From a virus (taxonomy: Duplodnaviria > Caudoviricetes), in IMG/VR virus record IMGVR_UViG_3300029258_004003, positions 1 through 32,684 of that record: DNA of 32,684 nt. The stretch is one strand, 5' to 3'. This document shows, one piece after another, positions 1 through 7,001 of this stretch; position 1 is the stretch's first letter, and every line of letters starts with the position of its first letter. Position numbers and translations under genes: made by a program. The notes below the pieces were generated by a model that saw only the letters and a list, made by a program, of their open reading frames with translations, did not search any database and was not told the DNA's origin.

Positions 1-2
1 AC

Positions 3-446
3 GTGCCCCGTCACCTCGAGCTGGTGCTGGAGCTGCACCTGGTAGGCGAGGGGCGGGCCGTCCTCCCACTCCTCGGCGGTCCAGGACAGCGACGCCTTGA
101 GCTCGACGAGCCCTTCGCCGCGCTCGTCGTCCTGCTGCGTCGCGTCCGGCGTGCAGCGCATCCAGCGCCGCTCGGGGTGGATGACCAGCGTGTAGGGCTC
201 CCAGAGATCGACGATGCGGCCCGAGAGGTCCGCGTACCAGTCGGCGATGACGGGCTCGAGCCGGTGCCCCCACTCCAGCCACGACTCGTCGCGCTCGGGG
301 AGCGCGCCCGTGTCGGTCTTCTCGGCGTAGATGGACAGGGGCGAGGCCCACTTGCTCACGCCACAGACGCCCGCGGCATCGGAGGAGCCGAGGCCCTTTC
401 TTCTGTCGAGCAGCCACCGCTCGACGAGGTCCTCTGCGGCGGCCAT
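3..446 (-). CDS. YqaJ / lambda-exonuclease family recombination nuclease (3' end beyond the window; missing from the ORF track)
   Basis: Manual translation from ATG 446: MAAAEDLVERWLLDRRKGLGSSDAAGVCGVSKWASPLSIYAEKT...LEWGHRLEPVIA...HPERRWMRCTPD...GLVELK...PPLAYQVQLQHQL. These match the YqaJ motifs W-L-x-x-R-x-x-G-x-G-x-S, G-x-x-L-E, P-D, E-x-K and Y-x-x-Q. Confidence 0.92.
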   Translation of the reverse strand, partial: MAAAEDLVERWLLDRRKGLGSSDAAGVCGVSKWASPLSIYAEKTDTGALPERDESWLEWGHRLEPVIADWYADLSGRIVDLWEPYTLVIHPERRWMRCTPDATQQDDERGEGLVELKASLSWTAEEWEDGPPLAYQVQLQHQLEVTGH

Positions 447-829
447 CACTCCACCCTCACGCCTTCGTCGGCGAGGCACGCGGAGACCGTCTCGAGGTGG
501 CCCTGGACCTTGCTCAGCATCCGGCCGAGGTGGGTGGCGGCCCCCTCGACCTGGGCGATTGGCACATCGGTGCCCTCGCCGATCGCCCCGAAGATGATCG
601 ACAGGTACTCCTCGGCGTCCTCGAGCGCTCTCTCGGCCGAGGCCATGGCGCCCATCCGCTCGATCGTGCTCGGGTGCAACGTCACGCCGCACTCCGGGCA
701 GCGCCAGAGTCCGCGACCGACGGAGTCGCGCCGCATCGGCCGGTCACATCCGTCGGGGCAGCGTGGCGGCGACGGCTCGTCGGGGACCTGGATGTCGCGC
801 CGGGACCTGCCGATGATGTGCTGGACCAT
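446..829 (-). CDS. Zn-ribbon protein (127 aa), function unknown
   Basis: CPDGC...WRCPECG followed by a helical C-terminus. ATG 829 overlaps the upstream TGA, with GGAGG upstream; its own TGA overlaps the YqaJ ATG. Confidence 0.7.
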   Translation of the reverse strand: MVQHIIGRSRRDIQVPDEPSPPRCPDGCDRPMRRDSVGRGLWRCPECGVTLHPSTIERMGAMASAERALEDAEEYLSIIFGAIGEGTDVPIAQVEGAATHLGRMLSKVQGHLETVSACLADEGVRVE

Positions 830-2112
830 CACGCCACCTCGGTCTTCTTCGTGCGGTCCTCGGCGACCACGCCGTGCGAGATGACGATGGCCACCTCCTC
901 GCCCGCCCCCACGCGCTCGACCCAGACCTGGGCCCTCGCCCGCTCGGCCAGCTTCGCGATCGTCGCCATGCTCTGCTCGTCGAGGAGGCTCCCGTCGCGG
1001 ATCAGCAGGATCCGAATCTCTGGGTTGAGCGCGAGCCCCAGGGCCACGCTGACCTTGAGCTGCTCGGCCGAGGAACACTGCTCGAAGGGCACGCCGCGGA
1101 AGGTCACCCCCTCGGCGCCGAAGGACAGCCCCTTGACCGGGAGCTTGGCCGCCGCGATGGCCGCGGCCTTCGCCCGGTCGCAGTCGTCGATCGCCTGCGT
1201 CATGGCGAGGGCCTCCCGCTCGGCCGTCTCGGCCTCCTCGAGTGCCCGGCTTGCCTGCCGGTTCTGCTCGACGGCCCGGTTGAGCTCGCTCGCCCGCGCC
1301 ACCTGCTCCTCGAGCTCCTCCAGCTCCGGGTCGACGAGCTCGACTTTCTTGAGCGCCATCAGCTCCTCGGCCTTCGCCGCGCCGAGCTTCCGCACCTCCT
1401 CGAGCGCCCGGGCCGCCCCCTCGATCCGCTGCTCGAAAGCCTCAAGCTCGGCCTCCACCCGGAGGAGGGATTGCCGGTGGGCCTGGTTCTGGCCGAGCAT
1501 CTCCCGCCGGCGGGCGAGCTCCTCGAGCACCGCCCGGACGTCGACGGGCTCGGCGGGGGCGTCCCTCGAGACCGTCATCTCCCCGGCCCGCGCCCGGAGC
1601 CGCTTCGCCTCCCGATTGACGGCCGTGCGCTCCTCGTAGAGCTCGGCGCGCTTCCGGTCGAAAATCCCGACATCAACCCCGGTGAGCCGCTGAAGCGTCT
1701 CGACCTGCTCGGCGGGCCGGGCCCGGGCGAAGGCGAGGGGGTCGAAGGTCAGCTCGCCGGTGAGGCGATCGAGGAGGGCCTGGGGGGTGCGGAGCTTGCT
1801 GCCGTCCTTGGCGACGACTTGGAGCGTCCCGCCGCCCGAGGCCGTGAAGGTGCGCCGCACCTCGAGGTCACCCAGGTCCAGAACCACCTCGGCCCGGCTC
1901 GCGCCGTCCCGGATCGGCCGCGGGGGCTGAAGCCGACGGCCCCCGAGCGCCATGGCGATCGCGTCGAGGAGGGAGCTTTTCCCCTGCCCGTTCTGCCCGC
2001 CGATCGTGATGACCGGCGAGCCGTCCGGCCGGAGCTCCACGGCCTTGATCGCCTTGACGTTGGACACGGTCAGACCGATGACGGTCATCGGCTTGGACTT
2101 CGCTTCGGTCAT
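829..2112 (-). CDS. SMC/Rad50/RecN-like ABC ATPase with coiled coil (427 aa)
   Basis: Start MTEAKSKP after GGAGAGG. Walker A GQNGQGKSS, long coiled coil, ABC-signature-like CSSAEQ, Walker B / D-loop-like ILLIRDGSLLD. The ORF-track extension to 2358 is judged spurious. Confidence 0.88.
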   Translation of the reverse strand: MTEAKSKPMTVIGLTVSNVKAIKAVELRPDGSPVITIGGQNGQGKSSLLDAIAMALGGRRLQPPRPIRDGASRAEVVLDLGDLEVRRTFTASGGGTLQVVAKDGSKLRTPQALLDRLTGELTFDPLAFARARPAEQVETLQRLTGVDVGIFDRKRAELYEERTAVNREAKRLRARAGEMTVSRDAPAEPVDVRAVLEELARRREMLGQNQAHRQSLLRVEAELEAFEQRIEGAARALEEVRKLGAAKAEELMALKKVELVDPELEELEEQVARASELNRAVEQNRQASRALEEAETAEREALAMTQAIDDCDRAKAAAIAAAKLPVKGLSFGAEGVTFRGVPFEQCSSAEQLKVSVALGLALNPEIRILLIRDGSLLDEQSMATIAKLAERARAQVWVERVGAGEEVAIVISHGVVAEDRTKKTEVA

Positions 2113-2153
2113 CCTCTCCCCCTCCGGGGCCGCGAGGGCCCCTGCCTCGGTTG

Positions 2154-2405
2154 CTACGAAAGCCCCTCGACAATCAGCGCCGCGCGTTCGAGGAGGAGCG
2201 CTCGCAGAGCTTCGCGAAAGCGCTCGTACCGTCCCTCGTGGCCCACGACGCGCCACGCGACGCCGTCGACCGCCTCGACCTCGCCGAGCACCAGGACCTC
2301 GACGCCCTCGGCGCCTACGCGTTCGAGGCTCACCCGGGCTCGACCGGGGAGCAGCCAACGCGCCGAGAGCGTCACCCCAAGGTGGGGAGCGAGGGCCCCG
2401 TCCAT
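2154..2405 (-). CDS. Hypothetical protein (about 83 aa)
   Basis: ATG 2405 with GGAGG upstream; fills the gap between co-oriented genes. Confidence 0.55.
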   Translation of the reverse strand: MDGALAPHLGVTLSARWLLPGRARVSLERVGAEGVEVLVLGEVEAVDGVAWRVVGHEGRYERFREALRALLLERAALIVEGLS

Positions 2406-2463
2406 CCTGTGCCGCCTCCCTGTGCCCCCGCTCCCCGCAAGAGGAGCGAGACGCCCCACGCGA

Positions 2464-2943
2464 TCACTTGTCGCCGGCGCGGAGCTCGGCCAGGTAGGCG
2501 AGGAACGACTCGCGCGGGATGCGACGGCCTCGCCCGTGGCCCACTACCTCGAGGCGCCCTTCGCGCACGAGGCGGGCAACGGAGCGGGGCGACGCGTACC
2601 CCAGTTCCTCGGCAGCTCTGGCGTAGGTGAGCAGGGCCGGCAACATGGGGAGGCCCCCCAAGCGAGCATCATGCCAGGGGGGCTCTGTGTCGCTCTGGCC
2701 GTCAGTGTCCTGCAACGCGGGCTGCGCGGTGCGCATCGCTTTTCCTATGGCGGATTCCAGGTCTGTCCCGCTCTTGAGCGCTTTTTCGGCTATCGCTCGC
2801 ACTCCGCGGGGTGCGAAAAGCGGTACACGGTCAGCCCCGGGGGGCACGTCGGATGGTGGACATTGCCGCCTGGGTGGCGGTTCAGGCTCCAGCGGCGGGT
2901 CTGAGACGTCGAGGACGATGAGGTCCCATGGGTAACGGGGCAC
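2464..2943 (-). CDS. Excisionase-like (HTH_17 / MerR-type) DNA-binding protein; start uncertain (GTG 2943 or ATG 2646)
   Basis: C-terminal LLTYARAAEELGYASPRSVARLVREGRLEVVGHGRGRRIPRESFLAYL is a typical Xis/HTH_17 pattern. AAGGAGG lies upstream of GTG 2943. Confidence 0.8.
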   Translation of the reverse strand: MPRYPWDLIVLDVSDPPLEPEPPPRRQCPPSDVPPGADRVPLFAPRGVRAIAEKALKSGTDLESAIGKAMRTAQPALQDTDGQSDTEPPWHDARLGGLPMLPALLTYARAAEELGYASPRSVARLVREGRLEVVGHGRGRRIPRESFLAYLAELRAGDK

Positions 2944-3093
2944 GATCCCCCCCCTCCTTCCGGGCGTGAGCCCGGCCACTGTGCGGCGGGTGGGGGCCGC
3001 GCACCCTGGCGAGCGCATGGGTAGCGCCTGGGGTCGTGCGTCGCGCTCGTCTGTGTGCGGGCGGCTCTCAGCCGGCCGCGGGTCCGTGCTCTT

Positions 3094-3123
3094 CTTCTAA
3101 GCCATCGGCAGTGGGGGGGTCAA
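3094..3123 (-). promoter_or_regulatory. Putative sigma70-type promoter P2
   Basis: TTGACC (3123-3118), 18 bp, TAGAAG (3099-3094) in an intergenic region upstream of the early genes. Confidence 0.4.
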
Positions 3124-3124
3124 G

Positions 3125-3205
3125 CAAAAATGCCCGCCGTCGGGGGCCGGACCCGCGGCCGATGGCCGGAGCCACCGATGCGGAACCCCCGAGGCGGGCG
3201 TTCGA
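3125..3205 (-). ncRNA. Candidate small structured RNA or attenuator hairpin with intrinsic terminator
   Basis: Nested stems GCCCGCC/GGCGGGC, TCGGGGGT/GCCCCCGA, TCCGC/GCGGG and TCGGTGGC/GCCATCGG closing a TCCG loop, followed by ATTTTT. Lies directly downstream of promoter P1. Confidence 0.55.
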
Positions 3206-3211
3206 CTGTGT

Positions 3212-3240
3212 ATCATACTCGGAGCCGGTATGGAATGGAA
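3212..3240 (-). promoter_or_regulatory. Putative sigma70-type promoter P1
   Basis: TTCCAT (3240-3235), 17 bp, TATGAT (3217-3212), with an A/T-rich UP-like tract at 3241-3260 in an otherwise very GC-rich sequence. Confidence 0.55.
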
Positions 3241-3293
3241 GAGAAAAAATTCCTCAAAAGCCTGGAATCGCAGGGAAAGGCGCCCGGGGCGCG

Positions 3294-3770
3294 TCAACGG
3301 ACGAGAACGACGCGGTAGGCGGGCCCCGGAGCGGATGCTGTTGCGTAGATGGTCCCATCGGCTCGAATCACCAGCTCTGCCTCTTGCCAGTGTCCGAGCT
3401 CGCCCCCGGCCCCTTGGATGAACACCTGCACGGCCGGCATGTCGTCGGCGTCGAAACCCGGGATCGGCAACTCCAGCCCACCCGCACCTGGCAGCTCCCC
3501 GACAATCACCGTCCGCTGCACCCCCGGCCGCGCCGCCAGGGCCTCGAGCTCGCCCTCCGCCTCCGCGAGTCGCTCCTCGAGGCCCCCCAGGCGGCTCCCC
3601 AGGGCGGCGAGCTCGGCGCCGCAGTCGCAGACTCCGCCGCCGTCCACCTCAGCGAACGCGTCCGGGCTCCCGTCGAGCACCTGGTCGACGGCCTCGGGCC
3701 CGCACTGGAGCACGAGCCCGGTCACGATGGCGATGGTTGTGAAGCTCCCCCAACGGCCGAATCGTTGCAT
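3294..3770 (-). CDS. Putative exported protein or lipoprotein with coiled coil (158 aa)
   Basis: MQRFGRWGSFTTIAIVTGLVLQC gives a basic N-terminus, hydrophobic stretch and Cys23. Heptads LGSRLGGLEERLAEAEGELEAL follow, then a beta-rich C-terminus. GAGGGGG upstream. Confidence 0.7.
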   Translation of the reverse strand: MQRFGRWGSFTTIAIVTGLVLQCGPEAVDQVLDGSPDAFAEVDGGGVCDCGAELAALGSRLGGLEERLAEAEGELEALAARPGVQRTVIVGELPGAGGLELPIPGFDADDMPAVQVFIQGAGGELGHWQEAELVIRADGTIYATASAPGPAYRVVLVR

Positions 3771-3837
3771 CGCGAGGCCCCCTCGGCGGAGCCCCCGCGT
3801 CGCCCGTCGCTGACCCCCTCGGCGCCGCCCCCCGGCG

Positions 3838-3866
3838 ATCCTCGTCCCCCCGTCCTGGCGCGTCAA
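3838..3866 (-). promoter_or_regulatory. Possible promoter for the 3294-3770 gene
   Basis: TTGACG, 17 bp, GAGGAT in the 117-bp gap after the endolysin; the -10 is weak. Confidence 0.3.
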
Positions 3867-3887
3867 GCCGAGCGTGGGAACCGCGGC

Positions 3888-4589
3888 CTAGTCGCCGAGG
3901 TAGGCGGCGACCTCCTCGAGGAGGGGGACGCCGGGGTCGGGCTTGCCCCGGGTCGTGATGTTCAGGTGCCCGAGCACCCCGCCCTTCCAGGCCCGCTCCT
4001 CGGCACGGGTCATCGGGCGGTCCAGCACGAGCCCCTGGTCGTCGAGGGGGACGACCGCCGGAATGCCCGGCAGCGCATCCAGGAGCGCGTCGACGAGAGC
4101 CTTGACGGCGATGATCTGCTCCTCGTGGAAGGCCGCGACGAAGGCCCGCCGGCCCCGCCAGCGCGTCTCGAGGAGGCGCCGGCTGCGCCCGGCAGCGGGC
4201 ACGGGCCGGAGCGACCAGCGGGCCCACGGCGGCCACTGGAAGCCGTAGGAGACGATCTCGACGCCGATGCTCCGCCGGTCCCATTTCCGCCCGCAGTCGT
4301 GGGCGTCGACGAAGACCGGGTCGCAGCATTGATACACCGTGCCCTCGGCCGAGATGATCACCTCGACGCCGCACTTGCGCTGGAGAAGGGTCTGATAGAC
4401 CCGCTCGGGCGGGTTCTCGGCGCCGGTCCAGTGCAAGACGATCGTGTCGATGAGCCGCTCGCGGCGCGTTGCCCCGGGGTCCCGGCCCACCTTGAACTCG
4501 AGCCCGGTCTCCTCCCACCGCAGCACGGGGGCCGCGCACGGCTGCTCCACGCCGCCGATGAGGATGCCTGGACAGTCTGCGTGCTTCAT
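3888..4589 (-). CDS. Endolysin, N-acetylmuramoyl-L-alanine amidase (Amidase_2)
   Basis: IDTIVLHWTG, SIGVEIV and GVLGHLNITTRGKPDPG give the H/H/D zinc ligands and catalytic Glu. Confidence 0.9.
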   Translation of the reverse strand: MKHADCPGILIGGVEQPCAAPVLRWEETGLEFKVGRDPGATRRERLIDTIVLHWTGAENPPERVYQTLLQRKCGVEVIISAEGTVYQCCDPVFVDAHDCGRKWDRRSIGVEIVSYGFQWPPWARWSLRPVPAAGRSRRLLETRWRGRRAFVAAFHEEQIIAVKALVDALLDALPGIPAVVPLDDQGLVLDRPMTRAEERAWKGGVLGHLNITTRGKPDPGVPLLEEVAAYLGD

Positions 4590-4867
4590 AGTGCCCTCTC
4601 GACCACGATCAGGAAGACCGACGACCGCCGGTCCTTTTCCGGCTGCACGACGTGGACCTGGCCGACCCAGGACCCCTCCTCGTCGAACACCCCGGCCTCG
4701 GTGATGTAGACCGCCGAGCTCGAGCTGGCCTCCGCCTCGACGACCTTCCTGGCCCCGGAGGGGCCCACGAGCACGATCTCCACCTCGCTCGCGTCGCTGA
4801 TGTCCTCGCCAAGGGTGACGCTCACGACGACCCCGACATCGCCTTTTCTGAGAATTGAGCTTCCCAT
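4586..4867 (-). CDS. Small Ig-like virion protein (BppU N-terminal-like)
   Basis: All-beta pattern GDVG..V.V...D.S...V.I....PSG...Y....G.FDEEGSW..QV.V; coupled to both neighbours. Confidence 0.65.
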   Translation of the reverse strand: MGSSILRKGDVGVVVSVTLGEDISDASEVEIVLVGPSGARKVVEAEASSSSAVYITEAGVFDEEGSWVGQVHVVQPEKDRRSSVFLIVVERAL

Positions 4868-6528
4868 CAGATCCTCGCCGTCGCCTGAAATGACGATGCC
4901 AGGTCAGCGGCGACGCTGACGTGGCTGCTGATGCTCGCCGACCCGTTGATGGCGCTGGCCATCCTCGCGGCGGTCGAGACGTCCGGGATGAGCGCTATTG
5001 CGCCGACCGTCGCCGCTCCCGCTGCTACACCCACCGCCTCGGCCCTCGAGGCGCCCACGGCCTCGGCCGTCGAGGTCCCCACGCTGAGACCAGCCGGCCC
5101 GATCGCCGTGGATTGCGCCGCCGCGGTCGACGTGCCCCCCGAGGCGCCCACGGCTGCCGCTGTCGAGGCGCCCACGGCTGCCGCTGTCGAGGTTCCGGCG
5201 CTCAGGCCATCCGATCCGCCGGCCTCAGACTGCGCGGATGCCGTCGCAACTCCGGCCGAGCTCCCCGCCGCGGCCGCCGTCGAGGCACCCGTGGCCTCGG
5301 CCGTCGACGCCCCGTCAGAGCTGGCCGAGCTCGCCGCGGTGGACGTGCCAACCGCCCCAGCGCCGGCGGTGCCAGCCGAGGCACCATAGGCCGTGCTCTT
5401 GCCGACACCGACCGCCGCGGCGCCCGATGTGCCGTCGCTAGCGCCGTCGGCCTCGGCGGTAGACTCGCCCTCCGCCCCGGCCGTCGAGGTCCCCGCGCTG
5501 GCCCCGTCGCCCTCGCCGGTGGCGGCCCCGACGGCCGCCGCACCGCTCCCCCCGTCGGAGGCGCCGGCAGCCTCGCCGGTGGCTGCACCCGTAGCAGCCG
5601 CGGTGCTCCCCCCGTCGCTCGTCCCGACTGCCTGAGATACGGGGGTCGTAGCGACGGCCTCGGCCGTCGACGTGCCGTCAGAGCTGCCCGCCGCCTCGGC
5701 CGTGGAGGCGCCCACGGCGGTGGCGTCGGACGTTCCGTCGGAGGCCCCGTCGCCCTCCCCGGTCGACTCCCCGGTCGCCGCGGCGCCCGAGGTACCGTCG
5801 GCGCTACCGTCGGCCTCGGCCATCGAAGCGCCCGTCGCCGCCGCGCTGCTCGTGCCGTCGGAGGCTCCGGCTCCCTCGATAACCCACGACCCGACAGCCG
5901 CAGCCGTGCTCGTGCCGTCGCTAGCGCCGTCGGCCTCGGCGGTCGACTCGCCCTCCGCTCCGGCGGTCGACGTGCCGTCAGAGCTGCCGTCAGCCTCGGC
6001 GGTCGACTCGCCGTCGGCCGAGGCCGTCGAGGTCCCGTCAGAGGAGCCGGCCGCCTGGGTAGCTCCCCCATACTCGACGTTCCACTCGACGGCGCCGATC
6101 TCGCCCGAGTTCTTCTTGACCACCGTGAAGTAGACGTACGCCTCGACGGTCGAGCCGTCGGCGTTGTCGAGGCTCGAGGCGTCCCAGGTCGCAGAGATGA
6201 TCTCCCCGGTCGTCGACGAGATCGTGCCGCTAGCGATTTCGCCCTTGTCGCTGCCGTCGTCGTACAGGTGCACCGAATACGACGGATCGCTACCGCCCGG
6301 ATTGTCGTCTCGCCGCACCCACCATCGGAACTCCTGTAGCCCCGCCCCGGTGGAAGGGTCCCCCGTCGGCGAGGGAAACGACACCCGCACCATGGTGTCA
6401 TTCTGCGCCGACGTGGCCGTCAGCCAGTTCGCATCCGGGCTGTCCGGGTCGTCGTCGATGTCGCCGACGGTGCCCGATAGGTTCGTGCTCGCGAGGATCG
6501 CGTCGGGCGACTGGCGCTCCGTCGCCAC
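4867..6528 (-). CDS. Ala/Gly/Ser/Thr-rich repeat protein (553 aa), probable virion appendage
   Basis: N-terminal globular acidic domain of about 155 aa, then about 18 copies of a 20-aa unit such as ADGSSDGTSTAGAEGESTAE. GTG start with GAGGA upstream. Confidence 0.85.
   Translation of the reverse strand: MATERQSPDAILASTNLSGTVGDIDDDPDSPDANWLTATSAQNDTMVRVSFPSPTGDPSTGAGLQEFRWWVRRDDNPGGSDPSYSVHLYDDGSDKGEIASGTISSTTGEIISATWDASSLDNADGSTVEAYVYFTVVKKNSGEIGAVEWNVEYGGATQAAGSSDGTSTASADGESTAEADGSSDGTSTAGAEGESTAEADGASDGTSTAAAVGSWVIEGAGASDGTSSAAATGASMAEADGSADGTSGAAATGESTGEGDGASDGTSDATAVGASTAEAAGSSDGTSTAEAVATTPVSQAVGTSDGGSTAAATGAATGEAAGASDGGSGAAAVGAATGEGDGASAGTSTAGAEGESTAEADGASDGTSGAAAVGVGKSTAYGASAGTAGAGAVGTSTAASSASSDGASTAEATGASTAAAAGSSAGVATASAQSEAGGSDGLSAGTSTAAAVGASTAAAVGASGGTSTAAAQSTAIGPAGLSVGTSTAEAVGASRAEAVGVAAGAATVGAIALIPDVSTAARMASAINGSASISSHVSVAADLASSFQATARI
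4990..6054 (-). repeat. Degenerate coding tandem repeat, 60-bp period, about 18 units
   Basis: Consensus A-x-G-[AS]-S-[DA]-G-T-S-T-A-x-A-x-G-x-S-T-A-E. Near-identical DNA copies at about 5429-5487 and 5912-5970. Confidence 0.9.
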
Positions 6529-6532
6529 GACA

Positions 6533-6970
6533 TCAGTCCTCGGTGATGGCCGTCGCCGTCGTCAGCTCGGGGGTGACCCCATCCCCACACACGATGTTCG
6601 GCGTGATGGCCCCGGCATAGAGCAGCTTCCCCGCGCCGCTCGCCGCCGTTCCCACGCCGAAGTGCGTCGCCGTCCCGCTGCCGCCGGTGCCCGTGGGGAA
6701 GGTCACCGCGGCGGCGGGGCTGACGGAGCTCCCGGTCCGCGTGAAGCCCGCGCCGCGAGCCACCGCGACGCGCGCATAGGACGTGTAGCCGATCTCGCTT
6801 GAGGTCTGGTCGCCCGCGTCCGTCGGATCGGCCGTGTGGAGCGAAAAGTACAGGTTCCCGGCGGAGGCGCTCCCGAGCAGCCCGCCGCTGTCCCCCACCT
6901 CGGTGAAATCGACGTTTTTGAAGAGCAGATCGATCAGCCCCTGCTCCCATGTGTCACTTTTCCCAGCCAT
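6533..6970 (-). CDS. Conserved phage structural protein (145 aa; fibre or appendage-associated family)
   Basis: LYFSLHTADP...E..Y..YARVAV...VTFP...GT.THFG...A.SG.G.LL..G is a recurrent phage motif set usually found upstream of small-residue repeat proteins. Confidence 0.8.
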   Translation of the reverse strand: MAGKSDTWEQGLIDLLFKNVDFTEVGDSGGLLGSASAGNLYFSLHTADPTDAGDQTSSEIGYTSYARVAVARGAGFTRTGSSVSPAAAVTFPTGTGGSGTATHFGVGTAASGAGKLLYAGAITPNIVCGDGVTPELTTATAITED

Positions 6971-7001
6971 CTCTCTACCCTCCGGCGCTCAGATGCGCCT
7001 G

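Noticed and set aside
3125-3205. tRNA, SRP RNA or attP site
   Set aside because: No cloverleaf, T-loop or SRP loop motif, and no integrase nearby.
3245-3293. Intrinsic terminator after the 3294-3770 gene
   Set aside because: Only 5-bp stems (GCGCC/GGCGC, ATTCC/GGAAT); too weak to call, and the T-tract may be the P1 UP element.
3778-3824. 11-bp direct repeat CCCCCTCGGCG (3778-3788, 3814-3824)
   Set aside because: Almost all G/C, so plausible by chance; one copy is simply the RBS.
4990-6054. 60-bp periodic repeat as a CRISPR array or ice-nucleation gene
   Set aside because: It is coding and degenerate at third positions with no repeat-spacer alternation. The period is 20 aa, not the 8/16/48-aa AGYGST pattern.
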